Below, piece by piece: positions 30,224 through 40,035 of a stretch of DNA of 64,000 nt. The notes beneath the pieces are model-generated. The model was given only the letters and a program-made list of their open reading frames with translations, made no database searches and had not been told where the DNA came from. A program made the position numbers and the translations under genes. Positions within the stretch are counted from its first letter, which is position 1; the number at the start of each line of letters is the position of its first letter. Origin of the DNA: an uncultured Pelagibacteraceae bacterium (GTDB taxonomy: Bacteria > Pseudomonadota > Alphaproteobacteria > Pelagibacterales > Pelagibacteraceae); assembly GCA_902573465.1 (NCBI GenBank), contig CACGJX010000001.1, forward strand, positions 52,803 through 116,802, read 5' to 3'.

Positions 30224-31336
30224 TTAATTAAACAATCCAAGGTCTTTAAGGTCGTTAAAAGTTGTGAAAAACATCAAAGATATAAGTAAAAATATTCCGA
30301 TTCGAAAAAAACCCTCTTGCGTTTTTTGTGATAATGGACGACCTAAAACCTTTTCAAACGCATAAAACATTAAATGTCCCCCATCAAGCATCGGAATTGG
30401 AAACAAATTAACTAAACCGAGACTGATTGAAATGTATGCCATCATGCTGATGAACGCCAAAACACCAAATTCTGCAACCTGTCCTGAAATTTTTGCTATT
30501 CTAATTGGCCCTCCAAGCTGAGAGGTATCAGCTTTACCGAAAATCATTGCACCAATATATTTCAAGGAGGAAATTCCCACAAAATAAACTTCATGAGCGG
30601 CATGGTATATAGCTTGTGCAGGTCCTAATTTAACATGATTAATCTCATTATTATAAGCACCTAATTTTATACCAACTATTCTTTTGTTAAGTTTGTTTCC
30701 TAAATTATCCTCACCTGGAACAATGTTAGGTTTTACTTTTAAAATTAGCTCATCATATGAACGTTTCACTTTAAAATCTATAATTTCATCAGTTGACATA
30801 GTAATGAATTTAGAGACATCCATAATGCTTTCAACTTTGTTGCCATCTATTTCTAAAATTACGTCATTTTGTTTTAATCCTCCAACCATAGCAGGACTAT
30901 CTTTTTGAACTTCATTGATGACGGCTGGTGTAAAATCTTTACCAACAAAAGTATAAATTGAGAAGAAGATTACTAGAGCTAATAAAAAGTTTGCTAATGG
31001 GCCGCCAAAAACAATTAAGCTTCTTTGATATAGAGGTTTAAGAGTAAATAATTTTTTTTGATCCTCTTCACTATATTTTTCTAAAATTTCTTTATGATCC
31101 GCTTGAGAATATACATTTCTATCTCCAAAAAATTTTACGTATCCTCCTAGAGGTATCCAGCATATTTTCCACCTTGTACCAGATTTATCATTCCAACCAA
31201 AAATTTCCTTACCAAATCCTATAGAAAAATCAGTGACACCCACCCCAAATTTTTTAGCAAAGTAATAATGACCGTATTCATGAATAAATACGACAATTAA
31301 AATTAGAATAATAAAAGGTAAAATATAACTTAGCAT
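30224..31336 (-). CDS. rseP: RIP metalloprotease RseP
   Basis: HEYGH, FSIGFG, PLGGYVK, GGPLAN, PDZ domain, NLFPIPMLDGGH. Confidence 0.95.
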   Translation of the reverse strand: MLSYILPFIILILIVVFIHEYGHYYFAKKFGVGVTDFSIGFGKEIFGWNDKSGTRWKICWIPLGGYVKFFGDRNVYSQADHKEILEKYSEEDQKKLFTLKPLYQRSLIVFGGPLANFLLALVIFFSIYTFVGKDFTPAVINEVQKDSPAMVGGLKQNDVILEIDGNKVESIMDVSKFITMSTDEIIDFKVKRSYDELILKVKPNIVPGEDNLGNKLNKRIVGIKLGAYNNEINHVKLGPAQAIYHAAHEVYFVGISSLKYIGAMIFGKADTSQLGGPIRIAKISGQVAEFGVLAFISMMAYISISLGLVNLFPIPMLDGGHLMFYAFEKVLGRPLSQKTQEGFFRIGIFLLISLMFFTTFNDLKDLGLFN

Positions 31337-31343
31337 TTTTAAT

Positions 31344-32132
31344 TCAATTTATACTATCGATCCAATTTTTTAACTCAATCATTCTTTGAGACTTATTTGA
31401 CACAGCAATTTCTTTTTTTATAAATAATATGTGATTTTTAATTTCTTCCTCATCTCTAAATACTTTTCTTGTTTGAATTAATCTGTCCTTCCTAAACTCA
31501 ATTAAACTTATCATTTTCTCATAAGTAATTTCAGGATGATACTGTAACCCATAAATTTTTGATTTTCCAACTGTGAAATATGAACTTTGTACTTTATTAA
31601 TTTTATTTGATGCTAAACAAATTCCGTTTGTTGGTAATTTTACTACCTCATCAAAATTAAACGCTGGAGAATTAAAATTATTATTCTTATTCTTATAAAT
31701 AGAATTATTTAATCCTTTATTATTAATTATAATCTCATTTGCTATTCCTATATGAGAATTTTCTGCTTTTTTTACCTCTCCTCCGGCAGCAGTTACTGCA
31801 ACTTGCATTCCCCAACAAATCGCTAAAATATTTTTAACTTGTTTTTGGCATTCTCTCATAAACTCAATTTGTCTTTTTATCTCTGGTGTATTGTTATAGA
31901 TGTTCAGACTACTTCCACCCCAAATTAATCCATCATATTTTGGAAGTTTATTTTTAACCTCATCTAAATTTTGATCCGAGGATGGATTAATAACATCAAA
32001 ATGATAATTATTATTAAATACATTAAGACTATCTTTTAAACTCTCAGTATGTGTTTGAATACCTACTTTTAAAAAATTTTGATTTTCCTCTTTTAAATTT
32101 CCTTCAACTATTAAAATATTAAGATTTTTCAT
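31344..32132 (-). CDS. Class I glutamine amidotransferase-like protein
   Basis: WGGS, ICWGMQ nucleophile elbow, QYHPE. Confidence 0.85.
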   Translation of the reverse strand: MKNLNILIVEGNLKEENQNFLKVGIQTHTESLKDSLNVFNNNYHFDVINPSSDQNLDEVKNKLPKYDGLIWGGSSLNIYNNTPEIKRQIEFMRECQKQVKNILAICWGMQVAVTAAGGEVKKAENSHIGIANEIIINNKGLNNSIYKNKNNNFNSPAFNFDEVVKLPTNGICLASNKINKVQSSYFTVGKSKIYGLQYHPEITYEKMISLIEFRKDRLIQTRKVFRDEEEIKNHILFIKKEIAVSNKSQRMIELKNWIDSIN

Positions 32133-33296
32133 TTAGAACAAATTACCAGACATACTATGCTGATACATTATTTTCATGTCTTCAATGCTCAATTTTTTTG
32201 GATTACCATTCGTTGATGGATCCTCTAAAGCCATTTTTGATAAACGATCAATTTGTAAATCTTTTTCATTTATGACACTTGATAATTTATGTGGAATTTC
32301 AAATTTTTCTCTTAAATCTAAAATCCATTTTAAAAAACCGTCAAAAGATTTATCTTTTAATTCAAGATATTCAGAGATCTTTGCAACTTTACTCTCAATC
32401 ACATCTCTGTTGAAAGTTAAAACATACGGCATGAAAATTGCGTTTGAAAGACCATGATGAAGGTTATTTAGAGCATTTACTGGATGGCTCAGAGAATGAA
32501 TTGCGCCTAGGCCTTTTTGGAATGCGGTTGAGCCCATACTTGCAGCAGTTAGCATGTTCATTCTGGCCACAAGGTTAGATCCATTTTTATATGCCTCTGG
32601 TAACCATTTAGAAATTAATTTCATACCTTCCAAAGCTATTCCATCAGCCATTGGATGATAACCTGGGGCACAAAACGCCTCTAGATTATGAGCTAACGCA
32701 TCCATGCCTGTTGCGGCTGTCATTTTTTTTGGTAAATCTTTTGTTAAAACTGGATCTAAAATGACTATGGACGGTAAAAATTTTGGATGAAATATAATTT
32801 TTTTAACTCCTAGATCTTCATTTAAAATAACAGATGCTCTCCCCGTTTCAGAACCTGTTCCAGCTGTAGTGGGTACTGCTATAATGGGAGCAATATTATT
32901 TGGATCAGCCTTAGTCCAGTTATCGCCAGCATCCTCAAAGTCCCACAATGATAGGGTTTGACCTATCATGAATGCAATTGCTTTTCCTACATCAAGACCA
33001 CTTCCACCACCAAAAGCAATCACACCATCACAATTTTTTTCTTTATAATGTTTTACACCATCGCTTACATTTTTACCTGTTGGATTGCCAATCACATCAT
33101 GAAATAATTCTGCTGATAAATTATTACTTTTTAAATGTAACAAAGCATCTTTAACAATAGTTGATTGTCCAAGTCCTTTGTCAGTCACCAATAAAGGTTT
33201 CTTTATATTTAAATTATTACAGGCTATACTTAAATCTTTAATTCTATTTTCACCCACCCACATTGAAGTAGGATAATTCCAATTAAACTTTTTCAT
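32133..33296 (-). CDS. Iron-containing alcohol dehydrogenase
   Basis: GGGSGLD, PTTAGTGSE, GMDALAH, HSLSH, HHG. Confidence 0.92.
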   Translation of the reverse strand: MKKFNWNYPTSMWVGENRIKDLSIACNNLNIKKPLLVTDKGLGQSTIVKDALLHLKSNNLSAELFHDVIGNPTGKNVSDGVKHYKEKNCDGVIAFGGGSGLDVGKAIAFMIGQTLSLWDFEDAGDNWTKADPNNIAPIIAVPTTAGTGSETGRASVILNEDLGVKKIIFHPKFLPSIVILDPVLTKDLPKKMTAATGMDALAHNLEAFCAPGYHPMADGIALEGMKLISKWLPEAYKNGSNLVARMNMLTAASMGSTAFQKGLGAIHSLSHPVNALNNLHHGLSNAIFMPYVLTFNRDVIESKVAKISEYLELKDKSFDGFLKWILDLREKFEIPHKLSSVINEKDLQIDRLSKMALEDPSTNGNPKKLSIEDMKIMYQHSMSGNLF

Positions 33297-33302
33297 AAAT
33301 TT

Positions 33303-34361
33303 TTAGTTAATAATATCTGATATTTTTGAAATTTGACCAATCTTAAAAATAAGTGCATCCTCTTTATTAAATCCATATTTTTCAGCATTATCTTTAAATC
33401 TTATTGGTGGTTCCATAATAGGTTCTAAAGATAATACAAATGTTCCCCAGTGCATACCTAGAACCTTTTTACTTTTCAAATCTTGACCAATTTTAAGGGC
33501 CTCTTCCGGATTAGTATGATAAATAGATTTATCTTTATAAGGCATAATTGGATAAAAATTATATGCACCAATGTTAATTATAGTTAAATCAATTGGTCCA
33601 TATTTATTTCCTAAATCTTTATAAATATTTCCATATCCTGTATCACAAGCAAAAAATATTTTTTTTCCTTTATATTCAATTAAAAAACTTCCCCACAAAG
33701 TTTTGTTAGTATCTGTTAAGCTTCTTTTCGACCAATGAACAGCTGGAAGAAAAGTAACTTTTAAATCTTTATTAATATTAATTTCATCATACCAATCCAT
33801 CTCATTGATATCTCGATATCCATTAGTTTTAAAATATTTACTGAGTTTAAGTGGAAGTAAAACTTTAGATTTTTTGAAAGGAAATCTTCTTATTGTCATC
33901 ATGTCTTGATGATCATAGTGATTATGGGTGAGTAAGAATAAATCAATCCTAGGTATCTCGCTTAATTTCAGGGCTGGTTCAGTAAATCTTTTTGGTCCAA
34001 ATATTAGAGGACCTGCATTCTTCGAAAAAACTGGATCAGTTATAATATTGGTATCTCCTAATTTAATGATAAATGTAGCATGACCAATCCAAGCAATATA
34101 ATCGCTATCTTTATATTTTTCCAAATTTTTTAAAACTTGTTTTTTTTCTAAAACGTGGCCCTCAGAAATCGCCATATTAAGTTTTTTTTTCTCTTGATTA
34201 AAAATTTTGTATGACCATTTTACATTTGGATCTCTTTTAGGTGAGCCCTCAGGATTCCTAAAAGTACCGTCAGATAAATGATGATAAGGTTTTTTTTCCA
34301 TAGCAATTAAAAAACTATTTAAAAATAAAGTTAAAGTTAAAAAGTATAAAATTTTTATCAC
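33303..34361 (-). CDS. MBL-fold metallo-hydrolase (RomA/NAPE-PLD-like)
   Basis: WIGHAT, TDPVFS, THNHYDH, HWSKR, MHWGTF. Confidence 0.9.
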   Translation of the reverse strand: MIKILYFLTLTLFLNSFLIAMEKKPYHHLSDGTFRNPEGSPKRDPNVKWSYKIFNQEKKKLNMAISEGHVLEKKQVLKNLEKYKDSDYIAWIGHATFIIKLGDTNIITDPVFSKNAGPLIFGPKRFTEPALKLSEIPRIDLFLLTHNHYDHQDMMTIRRFPFKKSKVLLPLKLSKYFKTNGYRDINEMDWYDEININKDLKVTFLPAVHWSKRSLTDTNKTLWGSFLIEYKGKKIFFACDTGYGNIYKDLGNKYGPIDLTIINIGAYNFYPIMPYKDKSIYHTNPEEALKIGQDLKSKKVLGMHWGTFVLSLEPIMEPPIRFKDNAEKYGFNKEDALIFKIGQISKISDIIN

Positions 34362-34397
34362 ATTCTTTCTTTTTTATTTAATATGAATTTTAGATTT

Positions 34398-35027
34398 TTA
34401 ATCTTTAATTATCTTATACTCAAAATTTTGAGTTGTTTCATTAACCTGTAAGAGTTTAGCCCCATTTTTACTGTGAAATTTTGTTGCCATTTCAGTAAGA
34501 GGTGAGAGTGTAACTAGTCTATTTAAATGATTAGATTTTTTAATTTTTTTAAATACTTCCTTTACAATCAATTTTCCTCCACCTCTTTTTTTTGACCAAA
34601 CAGTATAGGCTATTGCTATCTGGCCAACATTTTGACCTCTATGAGTACTTTGTAAATGAGCATCTTGGCTAAATTTATCTAGTTCATCTACATTCTTAGG
34701 GATAGCATTTGTGTAAGCAAAACACATTACAGCATGAATTTCTTTTTTGTATTTAACGCCATAAATTTTTCTTCCATAACTTCTTCTAAAAGAAACATCT
34801 AATTCAGGTCTTACTGGATCTTCGGAGATATTACAATCTTTGAGCTCTACTAATTCTGCTCCTTTAACCCATCCAAAAAAATCATCTATATTTTTATTTA
34901 TAATTTGTTTATTTTTTCGAATTCTGGCTTTAATTCTAGGTTTAAATTTCTTTGAGTTTTTAAAACTATTATTATCCAAGTATTTCTCTGCTAACTTATT
35001 TCTCACATTTTTAAAAATTTCTTTCAT
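34398..35027 (-). CDS. Hypothetical protein resembling the malonyl-CoA decarboxylase/GNAT-like catalytic domain
   Basis: EDPVRP, AIAYTVWS, GGGKLIV, LVTLSP, FH.KNGA motifs in MCD-like order. Confidence 0.55.
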   Translation of the reverse strand: MKEIFKNVRNKLAEKYLDNNSFKNSKKFKPRIKARIRKNKQIINKNIDDFFGWVKGAELVELKDCNISEDPVRPELDVSFRRSYGRKIYGVKYKKEIHAVMCFAYTNAIPKNVDELDKFSQDAHLQSTHRGQNVGQIAIAYTVWSKKRGGGKLIVKEVFKKIKKSNHLNRLVTLSPLTEMATKFHSKNGAKLLQVNETTQNFEYKIIKD

Positions 35028-35051
35028 TTTCTAATTTTTTATCAATTGAAT

Positions 35052-35216
35052 TTAAAAATATAATAAAGCAAATATAACTCCTAAAATTATTACTGAAATT
35101 GTAGCAACAATATAATTTATCTTAATATTAAATTTTTTATAAATCGTTTCATTTATTTTTTCCCAAAAAAGGACTATCAAAAATACAATAATTGCAGGTA
35201 TGATAAATTTAATCAT
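35052..35216 (-). CDS. Small two-TM protein, 54 aa (not in ORF track)
   Basis: MIKFIIPAIIVFLIVLFWEKINETIYKKFNIKINYIVATISVIILGVIFALLYF; starts 3 nt after the ramB stop. Confidence 0.65.
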   Translation of the reverse strand: MIKFIIPAIIVFLIVLFWEKINETIYKKFNIKINYIVATISVIILGVIFALLYF

Positions 35217-35219
35217 CGA

Positions 35220-36653
35220 CTATGTGTTTTTGTCTCCTACGTATACTGAGACACCTCTTGAATTAATATCTACATCAAATTTCTTGTGTAAAGGAGGGAA
35301 TGCTCTTTGTGAACAGTCTAATCTATCACATGTTCTACATGACACACCTATTGGTATTTCTGTAGATTTATCATTAATATTTAAGTTTTCTGAATATATA
35401 AATTCTTTTGCATATTTTGCTTCACATCCCAGTCCGATAGACAAAATACTCTTTGATTGCCCAAATCTTCCAATTCCTTTTTCAACTGTTCTAGCAATAC
35501 ATACATACTTTTCACCATTAGACATTTTGCTTACGGCAGCTTGAATAATACCAGGTCTTGTCAAAGCTGAGTAAACGTTCCAACGAGGACAGGCGCCACC
35601 GTATCTTGGAATCTCTATTCCTGATAACGAAAATCTTTTAGATATATTCCCAGCCATATCTACTCTTAAAAAATGAAATGGTATCCCTGGTAATTTTGGA
35701 TCTTGTAAACATGTTACTCTATGAGCTACTTGTTCAAAAGATGTGGCAAAAGTATTTTGTAATAACTCTAAATCATACTTAAGTTTTTTACATTCTGTAT
35801 GAAAGAGTTTATAAGGCATTAAAATTGCAGCACCACTGTAATTTAATAAAGCAATTTTTGTTAATTTTTTTGACTCATCAGATGGAAAAGTAAATTTAGA
35901 TAAGTATTCCTCGATTTCTTTATCGGCACCTTCTTGGGCTATTTGGGCGGCTGCGTGTAGTTTTTTTGTTTCTAGAGAACTGTAATCACTCAATAATAGT
36001 TCTTTTTTATTTTTTCTGTAGAGTTTTGAGAAAGGTTTATTTTCTTCAGGAATAACATCTTTTACTGTTATATCGTATTCTGATTTTAAATAATCGCAAA
36101 GAGCGATATATCTAGTCCTATTATTTTTTTGAACTTTCTCAAAAACGTTATTTGCAAAATCCTCTAATTTTGGAAAATAGTTTTTATTTTCTTGTAAAAA
36201 ATCTGAAATAACTTCTCCAGGAAATGAATTTTTTCTATTATCAACAATTTTACCGGATATTGTTTCAATTTTATTAATCATTTCATGATCTTTCTTTTTT
36301 AAAATATCCCCAAGTCTTACAATTGCTCTGCCAATTTTTGGATTAGTACCTACAAGATCTTTTACTTCAGGACCTAGAATATCTAAATCTTCGAACAATT
36401 TATCATCTAGTATTTCTGATAAAGTATTTTCTAAATTTATATCTGATTTTGAGGTTAATTGAGAAAGCTCAATATTCAGTTTTTCACAAATTTTTAAAAG
36501 TAAATCTCCATCTATTTTTCTTTTTCCACCTTCAATAAGATTAAGATAACTAGGAGATATATTTAAATCCTCAGCTAATTTATTAGCTTGAAGCCCTTGC
36601 TGTCTCCTAAAAGCCTTGATTTTTGGTCCTATTTTAAGATTTAATTGACTCAT
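35220..36653 (-). CDS. ramB: ScfR/RamB family short-chain acyl-CoA responsive regulator
   Basis: XRE HTH (ISPSYLNLIE.GKR), SFEQVAHR, RVD.AGNISKR, GGACPRW, IG..CR.C.R.DC.QRAFP; divergent from aceA. Confidence 0.85.
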   Translation of the reverse strand: MSQLNLKIGPKIKAFRRQQGLQANKLAEDLNISPSYLNLIEGGKRKIDGDLLLKICEKLNIELSQLTSKSDINLENTLSEILDDKLFEDLDILGPEVKDLVGTNPKIGRAIVRLGDILKKKDHEMINKIETISGKIVDNRKNSFPGEVISDFLQENKNYFPKLEDFANNVFEKVQKNNRTRYIALCDYLKSEYDITVKDVIPEENKPFSKLYRKNKKELLLSDYSSLETKKLHAAAQIAQEGADKEIEEYLSKFTFPSDESKKLTKIALLNYSGAAILMPYKLFHTECKKLKYDLELLQNTFATSFEQVAHRVTCLQDPKLPGIPFHFLRVDMAGNISKRFSLSGIEIPRYGGACPRWNVYSALTRPGIIQAAVSKMSNGEKYVCIARTVEKGIGRFGQSKSILSIGLGCEAKYAKEFIYSENLNINDKSTEIPIGVSCRTCDRLDCSQRAFPPLHKKFDVDINSRGVSVYVGDKNT

Positions 36654-36661
36654 ATTTTCTA

Positions 36662-36765
36662 TTAGTAAATTTTGTAAATTTATTTTTACAATATTTTTCC
36701 TTAATTTACAACAGTTTTATACTTTTAAATAGATTTTGTAAATTTTGTAAATTATAAAATTTACA
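36662..36765. promoter_or_regulatory. Multi-copy TTTGTAAA(T)/TTTACAA operator array between ramB and aceA
   Basis: TTTGTAAAT at 36671, 36735, 36744; inverted copies at 36685, 36704, 36759; resembles the TTTGCAAA core of RamB/PccR sites. Confidence 0.6.
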
Positions 36766-36926
36766 TGGACGAAAAATTAAAAAACAACGAAAATGAGGCT
36801 CAAATCATAAGACATGAGGACCTTGCAAGACATAATAGCAGAGGTATCTACATGAGAGATGATCATTGTGATTGGGGTTCAAGCGGAATGAAAGATTTGG
36901 TTGAAACGATTAACGACTCAAACTAA
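36765..36926 (+). CDS. Putative 53-aa protein upstream of aceA (not in ORF track)
   Basis: MDEKLKNNENEAQIIRHEDLARHNSRGIYMRDDHCDWGSSGMKDLVETINDSN; coding-like composition. Confidence 0.5.
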   Translation: MDEKLKNNENEAQIIRHEDLARHNSRGIYMRDDHCDWGSSGMKDLVETINDSN

Positions 36927-36978
36927 TTTTTAACTCCTTATATTCATTTTCAATTACTTGAACATTACAGGGTCAATA

Positions 36979-38253
36979 ATGAGCGCAGAAAAGATTTCAT
37001 ATGATTTAAAAAGATTTGCAGGCATCAAGAGAGATTATACCCCTGAAGAAGTTGAAAGACTTAGAGGCTCAATAAAAATTGAATATTCAATTTGTAAACA
37101 ACAATCAACTAAACTTTGGAAATTATTAAATACAGAAAATTATGTTAATACTCTTGGATCTTTGTCAGGTAATCATGCGGTTCAGCATGCAAAAGCTGGT
37201 TTGAAAGCAATTTATTTAAGTGGTTGGCAAGTAGCAGCCGATGCTAATAGTGCTGGAGAGATGTATCCTGATCAATCTTTGTATCCTTATGATAGTGCTC
37301 CGAAATTAGTAGAGTCTATGAATAACGCATTAATTAGAGCTGATCAGATTCAGCATATGGAATTAAAAGATGGTGATATGAAAAAGGAGAAGAGAATTGA
37401 TTACATGCTTCCAATAATTGCTGATGGAGAAGCTGGTTTTGGTGGACCTTTAAATGTATTTGAACTCGCAAAAAAATTTATTAAAGCAGGTGCTGCTGGT
37501 GTTCATTTTGAAGATCAATTAGCAAGTGAGAAAAAATGTGGCCACATGGGAGGGAAAGTTTTGGTTCCAACTGGTACCATGATAAAAAATTTAAAAGCTG
37601 CTAGATTGGCAGCTGATATCGCAGATGTGCCTTTAATTATTCTAGCTAGAACCGACGCAAACGCTGCTAAATTAATCACAAATGATTTTGATGAAAATGA
37701 TAAACCATTCCTAACAGGGGAAAGATCTCCAGAGGGTTTCTATTATGTAAAAGCTGGCATTGAACAAGCAATATCAAGAGGTCTTGCATATGCTCCCTAC
37801 TCTGATTTAATTTGGTGTGAAACTGCTACACCAAATCTTGAAGAAGCAAAAAAATTCGCAGATGCAATTCATGAAAAATTTCCAGGAAAACTTTTAGCAT
37901 ATAATTGTTCTCCATCATTTAACTGGAAAAAACATTTATCAGACGATGAGATAGCATCATTTCAACAAAAAATTAGTCAAATGGGTTATAAATTTCAATT
38001 TATTACTTTAGCAGGATTTCATACACAAAATATTGCAATTTTTGAGTTAGCTGAAAAATATAAAAAAGAAGGTATGACAGCATACTCAAGAATTCAACAA
38101 CAAGAATTTGCTCGTGAAAAAGATGGATATACTAGTGTAAAACATCAACGTGAAGTTGGTACATCTTATTTTGATGCAATATCCAATACAATAAGTAGCG
38201 GGAAAAGCTCTACCACAGCAATGGCAGGTTCTACAGAGTCCGAACAATTCTAA
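36979..38253 (+). CDS. aceA: Isocitrate lyase (start reassigned to ATG 36979)
   Basis: [26 protein letters not shown] catalytic motif, [16 protein letters not shown]. Confidence 0.97.
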   Translation: MSAEKISYDLKRFAGIKRDYTPEEVERLRGSIKIEYSICKQQSTKLWKLLNTENYVNTLGSLSGNHAVQHAKAGLKAIYLSGWQVAADANSAGEMYPDQSLYPYDSAPKLVESMNNALIRADQIQHMELKDGDMKKEKRIDYMLPIIADGEAGFGGPLNVFELAKKFIKAGAAGVHFEDQLASEKKCGHMGGKVLVPTGTMIKNLKAARLAADIADVPLIILARTDANAAKLITNDFDENDKPFLTGERSPEGFYYVKAGIEQAISRGLAYAPYSDLIWCETATPNLEEAKKFADAIHEKFPGKLLAYNCSPSFNWKKHLSDDEIASFQQKISQMGYKFQFITLAGFHTQNIAIFELAEKYKKEGMTAYSRIQQQEFAREKDGYTSVKHQREVGTSYFDAISNTISSGKSSTTAMAGSTESEQF

Positions 38254-38282
38254 TAAAACTACTCCTCTTGTATTATTAGTAA

Positions 38283-38310
38283 TTAACTGGCCCAGAAATG
38301 GGTCAGTTAA
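38283..38310. terminator. Hairpin between convergent aceA and ABC permease
   Basis: TTAACTGGCCCA-GAAA-TGGGTCAGTTAA. Confidence 0.75.
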
Positions 38311-39074
38311 GATTTGATTTTATAACCTTTTTTAAGAAGAACTGTAACTACTGTTATGCAAATGGATAAAAATAAAAACATAGTTCCTATACTTATCCAT
38401 ATATTGAAATCAGAAACTCCATAAAAAGAAAATCTTAAACCATTTATTAAGTAAACAACTGGATTAAAATAAGTCACAGTTTGCCAAAATGACGGCAGCA
38501 TATCTAATGAATACAAACTCCCACCTAAAAATACCATCGGTGTCACAAACAAAGTTGGAATTATAGACATTTGCTCGAAATCTGAACTAATTAAACCTAT
38601 TAAAAAACCAAATAAAGCAAAAGTAAATGCCACTAAAATTAATAAAAATATCATAAGCAATGGATATTTGACTTGTACATCAACGAAAAATAATGAGGTG
38701 ATAAATATAATTATACTTACTATTAGTGTTTTTGTTGCACCAGCTCCTACAAAAGCAAGTACGACCTCTAATGTTGAAATTGGAGCAGCTAAAATTTCAT
38801 AAATTGTTCCATTAAATTTTGGAAAGAAAATTCCGAAAGAGGTATTACTAATTGATTGGGTTAATAATGTTAACATCAACAGACCAGGCACGATGTAAGA
38901 TCCGTAGCTTATTCCATCAATTTTTTCCACATACCCTCCAATTACTGAACCAAAAACTATAAAATATAGCGAAGTCGTTAATACTGGAGATAATACAGAT
39001 TGAGTTAAAGTTCTTCTAAAACGATCCATTTCATGAAGATAAATTGCTCTCAACGCATAAAGATTAATTTTCAT
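38307..39074 (-). CDS. ABC-2 type permease (YadH-like)
   Basis: [31 protein letters not shown]. Confidence 0.9.
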   Translation of the reverse strand: MKINLYALRAIYLHEMDRFRRTLTQSVLSPVLTTSLYFIVFGSVIGGYVEKIDGISYGSYIVPGLLMLTLLTQSISNTSFGIFFPKFNGTIYEILAAPISTLEVVLAFVGAGATKTLIVSIIIFITSLFFVDVQVKYPLLMIFLLILVAFTFALFGFLIGLISSDFEQMSIIPTLFVTPMVFLGGSLYSLDMLPSFWQTVTYFNPVVYLINGLRFSFYGVSDFNIWISIGTMFLFLSICITVVTVLLKKGYKIKS

Positions 39075-39999
39075 TTTTTTCCCTGACTAAATTTACAAAA
39101 ATTTTTTCTAAAGTACTTTGTTCGGTTTTTAAATCTTTTAATTTTAGGCCCGCATCTTTTAAATCTTGTAGTAAATTTGTAATTCCTGTCTGTTTCGCCT
39201 GGACATTATAAGTATAATTCAAGCTCATCAAGTCCGGTGTAAAAGATAAGTTGTATTTTTGGAGTGTTGTTGGTATTTGATTTATTTTTTCTTGTAAATC
39301 TATTGTAAGTTTTTTATGACCCATTTTTTTTAATAGTTCTTTAGTCTCATCAACAACCACAATCTCTCCTTGATTTATAACTCCAACTCGATCAGCTATA
39401 GCTTCTGCTTCTTCTATATAATGGGTAGTTAAAATAATTGTAACACCAGTTTTTCTCAAATTTTCAACAACCTGCCACATTTCTTTTCTTAGCTCTACAT
39501 CAACACCAGCCGTTGGTTCGTCTAAAAATAAAATTGTTGGTTCATGAGATAAGGCTTTTGCAATTAAAACTCTTCTTTTCATTCCACCAGACAATTGCCG
39601 AAGTTTGAGATCTTTTTTATCCCATAAACTTAATTGTTTTAAAACTTTCTCGATATGATTTGGATCTGCTTTTTTTCCATAAAGACCTCTCGAGTAAGAA
39701 ACATTATTAAAAACTGTCTCAAATTGCTCTAAAGTTAATTCCTGTGGGACTAAACCTATTCTTGAACGAGTTTCTCTGTAATCTTTTATGATATCATAAT
39801 CATCTACACTAACATTGCCTGAGGTCGGATTAACTATTCCACAAATAATACTTATCAAAGTAGTTTTACCTGCTCCATTAGGACCAAGCATTGCGAAAAT
39901 TTCACCTTTTCTAATCTTTAAATTTATATTCTTTAAGGCATTAAAGCCATTGTCATAAACTTTTGATAAGTTGTTTATTAAAATTTGATTATCTGACAT
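39064..39999 (-). CDS. ABC transporter ATP-binding protein (YadG-like)
   Basis: [25 protein letters not shown]. Confidence 0.93.
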   Translation of the reverse strand: MSDNQILINNLSKVYDNGFNALKNINLKIRKGEIFAMLGPNGAGKTTLISIICGIVNPTSGNVSVDDYDIIKDYRETRSRIGLVPQELTLEQFETVFNNVSYSRGLYGKKADPNHIEKVLKQLSLWDKKDLKLRQLSGGMKRRVLIAKALSHEPTILFLDEPTAGVDVELRKEMWQVVENLRKTGVTIILTTHYIEEAEAIADRVGVINQGEIVVVDETKELLKKMGHKKLTIDLQEKINQIPTTLQKYNLSFTPDLMSLNYTYNVQAKQTGITNLLQDLKDAGLKLKDLKTEQSTLEKIFVNLVREKNEN

Positions 40000-40035
40000 G
40001 CGGCATTTATATAGTTATTAATGGATTTAATACAA

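Noticed and set aside
36780-36978. Glycine riboswitch upstream of aceA
   Set aside because: No GGAGA...CCGAAG...CUCUCAGG core; the region is better explained by a 53-aa ORF
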